From assembly GCA_903825105.1 (NCBI GenBank), contig CAIJZI010000005.1, positions 18,821 to 82,820 on the forward strand: 64,000 nt of DNA, in the 5' to 3' direction. The notes beneath the pieces were generated by a model. The model saw only the letters and a list, made by a program, of their open reading frames with translations. It did no database searches and was not told the DNA's origin. The position numbers were made by a program, and so were the translations under genes. The number at the start of each line of letters is the position of its first letter. Positions within the stretch are counted from its first letter, which is position 1. This stretch comes from an uncultured bacterium. GTDB taxonomy: Bacteria; Patescibacteriota; Minisyncoccia; Phycocordibacterales; Phycocordibacteraceae. Below, in pieces: positions 48,702 to 57,881 of this stretch.

Positions 48702-49340
48702 ATGAAAGGATTTTTACTTGGCGTTTTGGCTACCGTGATTATTGTTGGGGCAGGGCTCTGGTATAGGAATGCTTCTGAGCATTCGTCACAGCCGATCGCT
48801 TGCCCGATGGACGCTCTTGTCTGCCCCGACGGCACTTCAGTAGGGCGCACAGGGCTCTCCTGCACCTTTCCTATATGCCCGCCACCAAATGTTTCTCTCC
48901 CCGATGTTGGGATTTCTTTTGCTATCCCCGAAGGATTTTCTACAACTGAAGTCTCTGACGATTCGAGTGTTGCGGCATATCAAATGAAAGAAGCATCATC
49001 CACTTCAAATATCATCATTCGCCAATATGCGATCACTGCATCATCGAGCGCTCTCGACACCATTAAACAAACAGCGATAAGTAGTGCTTCTGGTATGCCA
49101 GTCAGCGCGACTTTATTTTCTTCAAAAACGCTCGGCACGCACCGCTTCACCGTTGTTTCGATTGAACGATTCGAAGGTGTCGTCGACACGGCATATTATC
49201 TCGCTCGCGAGGCTGATGTTCTGCGTTTCGACGCGATTGACCAAGGCGTGACCAGTTGGACTGATCCAAAACTCGATACTTCAAAATTGCCGGCGAATGC
49301 GGCACTTCAAAAACTCCTCACGACTCTGCAGGGAAATTAA
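48702..49340 (+). CDS. Membrane-anchored protein with CxxDxxxCPDG..C..CP motif
   Basis: N-terminal TM; ACPMDALVCPDGTSVGRTGLSCTFPICP. Confidence 0.75.
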   Translation: MKGFLLGVLATVIIVGAGLWYRNASEHSSQPIACPMDALVCPDGTSVGRTGLSCTFPICPPPNVSLPDVGISFAIPEGFSTTEVSDDSSVAAYQMKEASSTSNIIIRQYAITASSSALDTIKQTAISSASGMPVSATLFSSKTLGTHRFTVVSIERFEGVVDTAYYLAREADVLRFDAIDQGVTSWTDPKLDTSKLPANAALQKLLTTLQGN

Positions 49341-49381
49341 ACAGGTGTACAATGTGAGTACTAATAACTAACTTTTTTCTT

Positions 49382-50191
49382 ATGAACGAAAACTGTATGT
49401 GCAAACTGTGTAAAGGTCACGGCATTCGTATCGCGGGTTTCGCGGTCTTGGTAGTCCTCGCTCTATTCTTGCTCGCTCAGACGATACTTGCTTTCGGGAA
49501 TTTTGGCCGCCCAAATAACCCAGCGACCGACACAATTACGGTGAGTGGCGATGGCCAAGCGACACTCCCACCCGATGTCGCTAAAGTTTCTTTCTCTGTT
49601 CAAAATACGACAGTGACTGTTTCTGACGCACAGGATAAAACAACCGTACAAACGAACTCCGCTCTCGCATTTGTAAAAGAGCAGGGAATCGCAGATAAGG
49701 ATGTAAAGACGGCTTCATATAACATCACGCCGCAGTATTCGTATCCAAACCCTTGTACGGGCGGAGTGATGTGCCCAGTGTATAGCGGCTCGCCAAAGGT
49801 CACAGGCTATGAGGTATCTGAAACGATTCAAGTGACTATTCACGATCTAACCGCTGTTGGTAAGCTCCTCTCGGGGCTCGGAAAATTGTCGGTACAGAAT
49901 ATCTCTGGTCCTAACTTCACGCTAAATGACACGAGTGCCGGCTACGACGCTGCGCGCGCTGACGCGATAAACAAAGCGAAGCTACAGGCAACACTGCTCG
50001 CGAAGCAGCTTGGTATTAAACTCGGCAAGATTGTTAATTTTTCTGAATCGTCTGGCGGGTATCAATATCCGATGTATGCGACCGGTATGGGTATGGGTGC
50101 TTCAGATATGAAAGCAGAGGCGACGCCGTCAGTCCCTGCGGGCGAAAACACCTATAACGCCTCGGTCTCGATAACCTACGAAATTAGATAA
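49382..50191 (+). CDS. SIMPL (DUF541) domain protein
   Basis: TITVSGDG..PDVA, ARADAINKAK..A..LA and ASVSITYEI. Confidence 0.9.
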   Translation: MNENCMCKLCKGHGIRIAGFAVLVVLALFLLAQTILAFGNFGRPNNPATDTITVSGDGQATLPPDVAKVSFSVQNTTVTVSDAQDKTTVQTNSALAFVKEQGIADKDVKTASYNITPQYSYPNPCTGGVMCPVYSGSPKVTGYEVSETIQVTIHDLTAVGKLLSGLGKLSVQNISGPNFTLNDTSAGYDAARADAINKAKLQATLLAKQLGIKLGKIVNFSESSGGYQYPMYATGMGMGASDMKAEATPSVPAGENTYNASVSITYEIR

Positions 50192-50195
50192 AAAC

Positions 50196-50236
50196 AAGGT
50201 TCAACCTTAAATCCGAATTCTCAAGGTTGAACCTTG
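50196..50236. repeat. Two short palindromes AAGGTTSAACCTT in inverted orientation
   Basis: AAGGTTCAACCTT and AAGGTTGAACCTT in the spacer before secE. Confidence 0.55.
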
Positions 50237-50327
50237 TTTTCCACAGCTCTTGACTCAAAGCATGCGTCATACTATGATGCTGGTATAAGAGCCCGCAGGG
50301 CTTTTTTAATTACCGAACATTTCTTCT

Positions 50328-50516
50328 ATGAATGCACTCATCTCATATCTGAAACATGTGCGCGAAGAATTCACTCATATCGTGTGGCCCTCGCGCCGCA
50401 CGGCGATTGCTCACACCTTCGTTGTTATCTTTATCGCCGCAGCGATAGCGATTCTCGTTGGCCTTCTCGACTACGGATTCGGCTTGGTCGTGAATCATAT
50501 TATTCTCGGCAACTAA
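50328..50516 (+). CDS. secE: Preprotein translocase SecE
   Basis: YLKHVREEFTHIVWPS plus TM; upstream of nusG. Confidence 0.92.
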   Translation: MNALISYLKHVREEFTHIVWPSRRTAIAHTFVVIFIAAAIAILVGLLDYGFGLVVNHIILGN

Positions 50517-50525
50517 TATTTTCTT

Positions 50526-51071
50526 ATGGAAAACGCTGACAAAAAGAAAGAAGCGAAGTGGTACACAGTGCACGCGTATGCGGGATACGAAAACGCTGTT
50601 GAACGCAATTTAAAACAGCGCATCGAGTCGCTGGGGATGGAAGACAAAATTTTTGAAGTGGTTGTGCCAACAGAGAAAAAAATTCGCGTGAAGGGAGGGA
50701 AGCGTGTCGTCGAAGAAGAAAAAATTTATCCGGGATATATTCTCGTGCACATGATTGTTGATGACGATTCGTGGTTCGTGGTACGCAATACGCCACGCGT
50801 GACCGGCTTTGTCGGCAGTGGCACCACACCAGTCCCGATGGAAGATTCTGAAGTCTCTTCTCTTATGAAAAGAATGAATGCCGAGGCGCCGAAGCACCAC
50901 ATCGATCTTATGAAAGATGATCCGGTCGTCATCGCCGACGGCCCATTTAAAGACCTCGAGGGGAAGGTGAGTGACATTGATGAAGATAGAGGGAAGGTGA
51001 AGGTAATGGTCTCGATGTTCGGCCGCGAAACGCCCGTCGAGTTGGACTTTTTGCAAATCAGGAAATTATAA
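50526..51071 (+). CDS. nusG: Transcription factor NusG
   Basis: WYTVHAYAGYE, YPGYILV, VRNTPRVTGFVG and MFGRETPVELDF. Confidence 0.98.
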   Translation: MENADKKKEAKWYTVHAYAGYENAVERNLKQRIESLGMEDKIFEVVVPTEKKIRVKGGKRVVEEEKIYPGYILVHMIVDDDSWFVVRNTPRVTGFVGSGTTPVPMEDSEVSSLMKRMNAEAPKHHIDLMKDDPVVIADGPFKDLEGKVSDIDEDRGKVKVMVSMFGRETPVELDFLQIRKL

Positions 51072-51088
51072 GGTAAAGTCTGAATATT

Positions 51089-51508
51089 ATGGCTACCGTA
51101 GTTAAAAAGATTAAATTACAGATTCAAGGCGGCGCAGCGACTTCTGCTCCTCCTGTTGGCACCGCGCTCGGTCCTGCTGGCGTGAACATTGGTCAGTTCG
51201 TGTCTCAATTTAACGAGGCGACTAAGGACAAAAAGGGGATGGTGATCCCGATCGAGCTCTCGGTCTACGATGATCGCTCATTTACCTTCATAATGAAGAA
51301 CCCGCCAGCCTCACGATTGATTCTCAAGGCGCTTGGTCTCGAGAAGGGGGCGAATAAGCCACGAGAACAAAAAGTGGGCACGCTCACGAAGGCGCAGGTA
51401 GCGGAGATTGTGAAAGAAAAAATGCCCGATCTTAATGCGAGCAGCCCAGAAGCAGCCGCGAAGATTATCGAAGGGACAGCAAGATCGATGGGGATTGATG
51501 TGAAGTAA
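51089..51508 (+). CDS. rplK: 50S ribosomal protein L11
   Basis: [24 protein letters not shown] and GTARSMG. Confidence 0.98.
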   Translation: MATVVKKIKLQIQGGAATSAPPVGTALGPAGVNIGQFVSQFNEATKDKKGMVIPIELSVYDDRSFTFIMKNPPASRLILKALGLEKGANKPREQKVGTLTKAQVAEIVKEKMPDLNASSPEAAAKIIEGTARSMGIDVK

Positions 51509-51522
51509 GAAACATTTAGAAA

Positions 51523-51560
51523 AAGCAAACGCGGCGGCCTCTGGCCGCCGCGTTTGCTTT
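51523..51560 (+). terminator. Strong terminator directly after rplK
   Basis: AAAGCAAACGCGGCGGCC-TCT-GGCCGCCGCGTTTGCTTT. Confidence 0.85.
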
Positions 51561-51619
51561 TTGTCTCTCCAGCGCGTAGAGTCGATTTGGATAGTTCCAA
51601 AAATACAAAGGAGTTTATC

Positions 51620-53008
51620 ATGGCAGATGAAAGGATTTTAGGTTTGAATCATGCAGTGCGCGAGTTCCCAGGCGGATTCGTGCTTGTCCTCAACACCGGC
51701 GCAATTATCACACCCGAAGCAGAAGCGATGCTCCAGGCACTTCATTCGTGCTCGACAGGTGGTATCCGCGAGCATCTGAACACACTCGCGAACAAAGGCG
51801 CCGAGAAGTTCATGGAAAGCTTCTATGTCGGCTATGGGCACAAATCGATCGGCGATTGTGGCACGACCACAATCTTCATCGAGGGCGTGTCCATGCTGGT
51901 CGCTAAAGCGATTCAAGACTGGCTGCTCTATTCTGGTCAGGAAGCATCGACGCGATACATCGATTTCTCGAAACAGCGGTTCGTTGACCCAGTCGGTTCG
52001 GAGGAATCTAAACGGATTCTCGAAGAGTGGCGTACATTCTATCTCGCGTCTCAAGAACCGGTACGGGAGCATCTGCGCAAGCAGTTCCCGCGCAATGAAG
52101 GAGAAGACGAGGTAGTGTACGAGAAGGCAATCAAAGCGAGAAGTTTCGACATCTTGCGCGGATTTCTTCCGGCCGGCGCCTCGACCAATCTCGCGTGGCA
52201 CACTAACCTGCGCCAAGCAGCGGATCACCTGATGCTTCTTCGGCATCATCCGCTCGCTGAAGTTCGGATGGTCGCAGAAGCGATCGAGGAAGCGCTCAAA
52301 GAAGCACATCCAAGTTCATTCGTGCACAAGCGGCACGGAGAAACCGAGAGCTATAACAGCTTCTGGATGAACAACCTGTACTACTTCCTTGGCGATCCAG
52401 GAGATGAAAGTCCTCTGGTCGCCAACACTGCCGACAGTTTCTTTATGGCGTATAACTCAATCAATTCGCATTCTCTTGCAGAATACGAACTGATGATGAG
52501 AAACCGCCCACCAAAAACAGAACTGCCGAAACAGATCGCTGAAGCTGGCATGATGCAGTTCGAATTCCTCATCGACTTCGGCTCATTTCGCGATATTCAG
52601 CGTCAACGCTCAATCATTCAGCGGATGCCGCTGGTCACTGCAAGATTCGGCATGCATCCGTGGTATCTCGAATCTTTGCCGAGTTTAGAGAGAATCGACG
52701 CTGCGTTTCTTATTCAGGCGCAGATCGACGAGATCGCACAACTCGAAGCCTCTGCAGAAGTTCGGCAGTACTACTATCCGATGGGGATGTGTGTGCCGTG
52801 TCGGGTAACCGGGGATCTCGCAGCGCTTGTTTATGTGGTAGAGCTGCGGGCGCAAAAAGTTGTCCACCCAACACTTCACGAAGTGGCGCTGAAAATTGCA
52901 GACCATCTTTTGATCTGCTTCAAGAATCTCGGGCTCAAGTTATATATCGATCGCGAACAAGGGCGGTTTGATGTAAAGCGCGGGCTCCACGACATTGTTC
53001 AAAAATGA
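51620..53008 (+). CDS. thyX: Tandem-domain flavin-dependent thymidylate synthase (ThyX-like)
   Basis: YVGYGHKSIGD, QEASTRY, FDILRGFLP, FRDIQRQR and ELRAQ..HP; adjacent to tmk. Confidence 0.8.
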   Translation: MADERILGLNHAVREFPGGFVLVLNTGAIITPEAEAMLQALHSCSTGGIREHLNTLANKGAEKFMESFYVGYGHKSIGDCGTTTIFIEGVSMLVAKAIQDWLLYSGQEASTRYIDFSKQRFVDPVGSEESKRILEEWRTFYLASQEPVREHLRKQFPRNEGEDEVVYEKAIKARSFDILRGFLPAGASTNLAWHTNLRQAADHLMLLRHHPLAEVRMVAEAIEEALKEAHPSSFVHKRHGETESYNSFWMNNLYYFLGDPGDESPLVANTADSFFMAYNSINSHSLAEYELMMRNRPPKTELPKQIAEAGMMQFEFLIDFGSFRDIQRQRSIIQRMPLVTARFGMHPWYLESLPSLERIDAAFLIQAQIDEIAQLEASAEVRQYYYPMGMCVPCRVTGDLAALVYVVELRAQKVVHPTLHEVALKIADHLLICFKNLGLKLYIDREQGRFDVKRGLHDIVQK

Positions 53009-53097
53009 ACATTCAAGCGACGGTTTCGGCCGTCGCTTTTCTTTTGTCATTTTTATGTGTACACTCGACTTCGGATAGTTCTAAAAACGGAGGCTGT

Positions 53098-53736
53098 ATG
53101 GTGGCTGATTATGTGATTTTCGATGGAATGGATGGAAGCGGGAAGGGGACACAGATAGAACTTCTGAAGAAAAAATTCGGGGATTCAGTCGTGTTTACTC
53201 GTGAGCCGGGCGGTACGCCGTTTGCTGAGGATATACGAAAAGTTATCCTCGACAATCCGCTCGCTGGGGAATCGACTGCGCTCAACAACCTTTTGCTTTT
53301 CTTTGCAGCACGGGAGGAATTGCAAAAAAATCTTGTCGTTCCATCTCGTAAAGCGGGGAAGACCGTGTTTTCTGATCGCGGCGACTCATCAACATTTGCA
53401 TTTCAACTTTACGGAGAAATGCACACAGAATTCCTGAGCACATTTCGATTTTTAAGAAATGTGGTGTTTGGGAATTATTTCCCAAACTTGTACATCATCT
53501 TTGATTTGCCAGCCGAGACTGCTCGTAAACGAGTTATGAACGATGCGAATCGTGCGCCGAATCATTTTGATGTTCGTGGCTTGGATTACTATACGAGAGT
53601 CCGAGAAGGATTCCGTGCTTTTGAGAGATTCGCGCCGGTAGAATTCGTCAGTGCGACTCAGACAGCAGAAGAGGTACATGAGTCTGTGCTCGCGATTCTC
53701 GCAAGAAGACAGATCTTTCCAATCGGCGCGCCATAG
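53098..53736 (+). CDS. tmk: Thymidylate kinase
   Basis: FDGMDGSGKGTQ, TREPGGT, LFFAAR and SDR. Confidence 0.95.
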   Translation: MVADYVIFDGMDGSGKGTQIELLKKKFGDSVVFTREPGGTPFAEDIRKVILDNPLAGESTALNNLLLFFAAREELQKNLVVPSRKAGKTVFSDRGDSSTFAFQLYGEMHTEFLSTFRFLRNVVFGNYFPNLYIIFDLPAETARKRVMNDANRAPNHFDVRGLDYYTRVREGFRAFERFAPVEFVSATQTAEEVHESVLAILARRQIFPIGAP

Positions 53737-53769
53737 GCGCGCCGATTTCTTTTTGCTACACTCTTAAGA

Positions 53770-55410
53770 ATGGAAGAGCGCATACGAAAAGCTATAGAAA
53801 AAGCCCTTGGGGGGCCTAGGTTTACCATTGAACGACCACCGAGTCAGGCTCAGGGTGACTATGCTGTTTTTATCGGAATGGATAAAGCAGAAAAAGTTGC
53901 TGAAGAAATTAAAAAAGAATGTGAAGACACTGTTGCGAAAGTTGAAGTGGTTAAGCCAGGATTTGTGAACATTACGCTCTCGCGCGAAGCAGTCACTTTT
54001 ATTATTGATGAAGCTGAAGTGCAGAGTAGAGGGTGGGGAATGAATACGGCGAACGCCGGTAAGAAAATAAGTGTTGAATACAGTAACCCGAATCCTTTTA
54101 AAGAAATGCACATTGGCCACCTGATGAGCAGTGTTATTGGCGAATCAGTGTCGCGTCTTGTCGAATCTTCTGGAGCGGCTGTCGCTCGCGATACCTTCGG
54201 TGGTGATGTGGGGCCGCATGTCGCTAAAGCGCTTTGGGCTCTGCGAAAAGAAGGTGTAACAGAAATAGAAAATGCGAGCCAAATTGGCGAAGCGTATCTA
54301 CGAGGCTCGACTGCGTATGAAGAAAGTGAAAAAATAAAAGAAGAAATCGACGAGTTGAATACAAAGATTTATGAATTGGTGAAAAAAAAAGAAAATACAA
54401 ATGCAGGCATCGAGGGAGAAGATCGCATTCTGCTTTCGCTCTGGCGACAGGGGCGCGAAATCTCAATGGAAGAATTTCGTCGCATCTTCGCGATTATCGG
54501 CACCAAGTTTGATTATGAATTTTTTGATAGCGATACGATCGAGCCAGGGCTCCGCGTCGTGCGCGATGGTGTAGAAAAGGGCATTTTTGAAGAGAGCGAA
54601 GGCGCGGTTATTTATCGTGGTGAAAAAATAGGTCTGCACACGCTCGTCTTTATCACGAGTCGTGGCACACCAACCTATGAGACCAAAGATGTTGGCCTCG
54701 CATTCTTAAAAGAAGAAAAAATATTGGCAGATGAAGTGATTATCGTGACCGGCTCTGAACAAAAAGGGCATTTTAAAGTGTTTATCGCGGCGCTCTCTGA
54801 GATCGCGCCACTCGTCGCAGCGAAGATGAAGCATGTCGCTCACGGGCTCCTTAGCCTAACGACCGGGAAGATGTCTTCGCGTGCGGGGAATGTAATCACT
54901 GCGACAAAGTTAATTCAAGAAATTATTGAAAAAGTGAGTGAAAAAAATGCGGACCCGCTTATCAGAGAACAGGTGGCTATCGGCGCGATTAAATATATGA
55001 TTCTGCGCCAGTCGCCAGGGTCGAATATTATTTTTGATCCAGAAAAATCATTGTCACTTGATGGCGACTCAGGGCCGTATCTTCAATACGCGCTTGTGCG
55101 CGCGCGAAAGATCCTCGCCTATGGCGACAACGGGGAAGGCGGTACGAATATCCCGCCAGAGCCGTACGCGATCGAGCGCGTCATTATTCATTTCCCAGAA
55201 ATAGTCGCGCGTGCTGCAAGAGAGCTCGCGCCAAACCTACTCGTGAATTATCTGACCGAGCTCGCTGCCGCTTGGAATTCTTTTTATGCGACCGAGCAGA
55301 TTCTTGGTAGCGCTGAAGAAGTGTATAAACAGCGCGTCGCGCGCGCCTTCGCGAACACGATGATCAACGGCCTCGCTCTTCTGGGCATTCCAGCTCCAGA
55401 AAGGATGTAG
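53770..55410 (+). CDS. argS: Arginine--tRNA ligase
   Basis: PGFVN, EYSNPNPFKEMHIGH, KMSSRAG, GPYLQYA and GIPAPERM. Confidence 0.97.
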   Translation: MEERIRKAIEKALGGPRFTIERPPSQAQGDYAVFIGMDKAEKVAEEIKKECEDTVAKVEVVKPGFVNITLSREAVTFIIDEAEVQSRGWGMNTANAGKKISVEYSNPNPFKEMHIGHLMSSVIGESVSRLVESSGAAVARDTFGGDVGPHVAKALWALRKEGVTEIENASQIGEAYLRGSTAYEESEKIKEEIDELNTKIYELVKKKENTNAGIEGEDRILLSLWRQGREISMEEFRRIFAIIGTKFDYEFFDSDTIEPGLRVVRDGVEKGIFEESEGAVIYRGEKIGLHTLVFITSRGTPTYETKDVGLAFLKEEKILADEVIIVTGSEQKGHFKVFIAALSEIAPLVAAKMKHVAHGLLSLTTGKMSSRAGNVITATKLIQEIIEKVSEKNADPLIREQVAIGAIKYMILRQSPGSNIIFDPEKSLSLDGDSGPYLQYALVRARKILAYGDNGEGGTNIPPEPYAIERVIIHFPEIVARAARELAPNLLVNYLTELAAAWNSFYATEQILGSAEEVYKQRVARAFANTMINGLALLGIPAPERM

Positions 55411-55411
55411 T

Positions 55412-57346
55412 ATGAAAAACTTTTTAGAAAATAAATACAAAGATCTGCCGGGATCAAAGCCAGTGGAAAGAGCAGTAATAAAATCGAAACAAGATCCGGA
55501 ACGAAAATTCGCACCGCATTCGCGCGATGAACGAATTCAAGCCTATCTGAATCGTCTCGATAAAATAGTTGAGGACGAGCGCGGGTGGTAACTTCTGAAA
55601 AATAAAATTATGAAAGAATTTGTCATCGATACTGACGACGAAGAAGCTTTAACAAAAATCGCGAATGGCTTGTACGAATCAGAAAAGAGAATTGCAATCG
55701 AACAAGGTCGTGGCGCAGAAGTAGAAAGAATCGGAGGTGGCGAAGGTGTTATTGAGAAATATAAAGAAGCAGTACATGAAAAGCGCGATATTCAAAAAAA
55801 GACACTCTCATCGTGGCTCGATTATTTAAAACAAAACGATGCCAACTATCCGACCTGGTTCCGCTATTTTGTTGTGCGCAATCTTGAGAAAATGGGCACG
55901 CTCGATAAAGAAAAAGGCGAATACACCAAGCGCAATGATTACACTGTCGCGCCATTCCCAGAAATTAATTCTGAAGCGCTCGGTTTCGTGTATCGAATGC
56001 TCACGACTGGTATCGGTCATCAAGAATTTGTTAACGAGCCAGAGAAACGCGAACAGTTGACACAACTTATCTCGAAAAAAGATTTTATTAAGCTCTACAC
56101 CTTCGCACAAATTGAAACCGCCGGCTCTTTGAATCGCGAATCAATGCAAGGCGAATGGGTAAAATATGATAAAGGTTCTGACTACCACATTCTCGAAAAT
56201 TCTCTTCGGGGGAAGGGTACTGGTTGGTGCACTGCCGAGGGAAGCGCCTCAAGTCATCTCCAAGGCGGCGACTTTTATGTTTATTATTCTCGTGGGAATT
56301 CAGGCACCTACAGCGAACCGCGTGTCGCGATTCGCATGGAAAATAATCAGGTTGCCGAGGTGCGCGGGGTGAATCATCGCCAAGAATTGGAACCAGCACT
56401 CGTCGATGTCGCCACAGAGAAATATCATTCCCTCCCCGGAGGAGAAAAGTTTGATAAAAAGTCTGCTGACATGAAAAAAGTAACAGAATTAGTAAAGAAA
56501 CAAGAAAAGGGCGAGCAGTTTAATAAAGATGATCTTGTTTTTCTTTATGAACTCAATGCGCTGATAGAATACTTCGGTTACGATAAAGACCCACGCATAA
56601 AAGAACTTCGCGATACGCGCGATACAAATGCTGACCTGCCAATTATCTTCGACTGCGCGCCAGAAGATGTCGCACATTCTGTTTCAGAAATTAGAGAAAC
56701 TACAAAAGCGTATGTTGGAAAACTTGAGTCGGGGATATTTGATGTGCTTCCGAGAGAGATTGAACATGTCTATACAAAATTCCCAGAAGAGCGAATGAAG
56801 TTTCATAACAATATCGAACTTGGCACAGGAATTAAAGATGGTAGTGAATTTCAAAAAACTATAGAAGAACAGGAGATGAGAGTTTCGACATACGCAGCGC
56901 AAATACTTAAAAGTCCGGATTTTAAAGTTCTGGCCGAAAATGAAAACATAGATCTCATTGAAGTATCGGTGCGTGCGCTCGGATTTGAAAAGTTGGCGAG
57001 ATATGAAGATATTTGTAAGAGAGCAAAAGAGCTCGGGCTTGAACTCTGCCCAGCTGAAGTAGGACCACAACTTCGTTTGCAGTATAAAGATCAACCGATG
57101 GGCGAATGGCTAATTGTAGCGATGAATGCAATTAGCGGCTCGGACGGTAACCCGAAGCTCTTCGATGTGGATCGGCTCGACGACGAGTTGTGGCTGAACG
57201 GCAACGATGGGAGGCCTGACAACGAGTGGAATCCCGAGAATCCTTTCGTATTTCTTCGTCCCCGCAATTCTCACCACACACTTTTAGCGAGACCGCCAAT
57301 GATTGGCGGTCTTGTTTTTTATGTTGACGCGCATTCTCGTAACTGA
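55412..57346 (+). pseudogene. Large protein with GTGWCT domain and DGR-target-like C-terminus, interrupted by in-frame TAA
   Basis: ATG 55412 is in frame with ORF 55610; single TAA at 55589-55591 (RGW*LLKNK). Confidence 0.65.
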
Positions 57347-57363
57347 TACACTTTTGGAACAGT

Positions 57364-57588
57364 ATGATTACACCAACAAAAAAGCGAATAAATATCAGTG
57401 TGTCAAAAGAAACCGATACAGCAATGATTGCTCTCGCGAAGCGTGATCGCGTCCCGCTCGCAACAAAAGCTTCTCACTTAATATCGCTCGCTCTTGAGAT
57501 TGAAGAGGATCAAGTGCTTGACGCTCTCGCATCGAAGCGCGACACACCACGAGCAAAGTTTGTTTCGCATACTCTCGCATGGCGCTAG
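57364..57588 (+). CDS. Putative antitoxin (RHH-like)
   Basis: KRINISV N-terminal strand, ALEIEED; overlaps the RelE-like gene. Confidence 0.75.
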   Translation: MITPTKKRINISVSKETDTAMIALAKRDRVPLATKASHLISLALEIEEDQVLDALASKRDTPRAKFVSHTLAWR

Positions 57589-57866
57589 AGTTTGAAATTG
57601 TTTATCTACAGATCGTTGTAGAGGAGGACATCCCGCATATTTCAAATGCGTGGAGAATTAAAATTAAATCAGCAATTGAAGAAAATCTTGTGATGCATCC
57701 TGATATCTACGGGAAGCCGCTCCGCAGGTCACTTCGCGGGTATAGGAAGTTGCGCGTAGGGGATTATCGAGTGGTGTTTCGTATTGATGGAGGGCGTGTA
57801 AAGATTTTTGCGATCGCGCATCGATCTGTGGTCTATAAAACACTAGAGCGAAGAATGCCAGGATAA
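57579..57866 (+). CDS. RelE/ParE family toxin
   Basis: GKPLRRSLRGYRKLRVGDYRVVF..IAHRSVVY. Confidence 0.9.
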   Translation: MALEFEIVYLQIVVEEDIPHISNAWRIKIKSAIEENLVMHPDIYGKPLRRSLRGYRKLRVGDYRVVFRIDGGRVKIFAIAHRSVVYKTLERRMPG

Positions 57867-57881
57867 TGTAATATATCTCTT

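Noticed and set aside
51638-52309. Long antisense ORFs in the track (e.g. 51638-52309, 40479-41120, 19865-20440, 63677-63958)
   Set aside because: They are shadows of well-supported genes on the opposite strand and have no motifs of their own.
27721-55591. Stop-codon reassignment explaining the two in-frame stops
   Set aside because: The two stops differ (TAG and TAA), and TAA, TAG and TGA all end intact core genes normally.
57364-57866. RelBE-like pair as the marker of a mobile island
   Set aside because: Ordinary type II toxin-antitoxin module; no flanking repeats or mobility genes.
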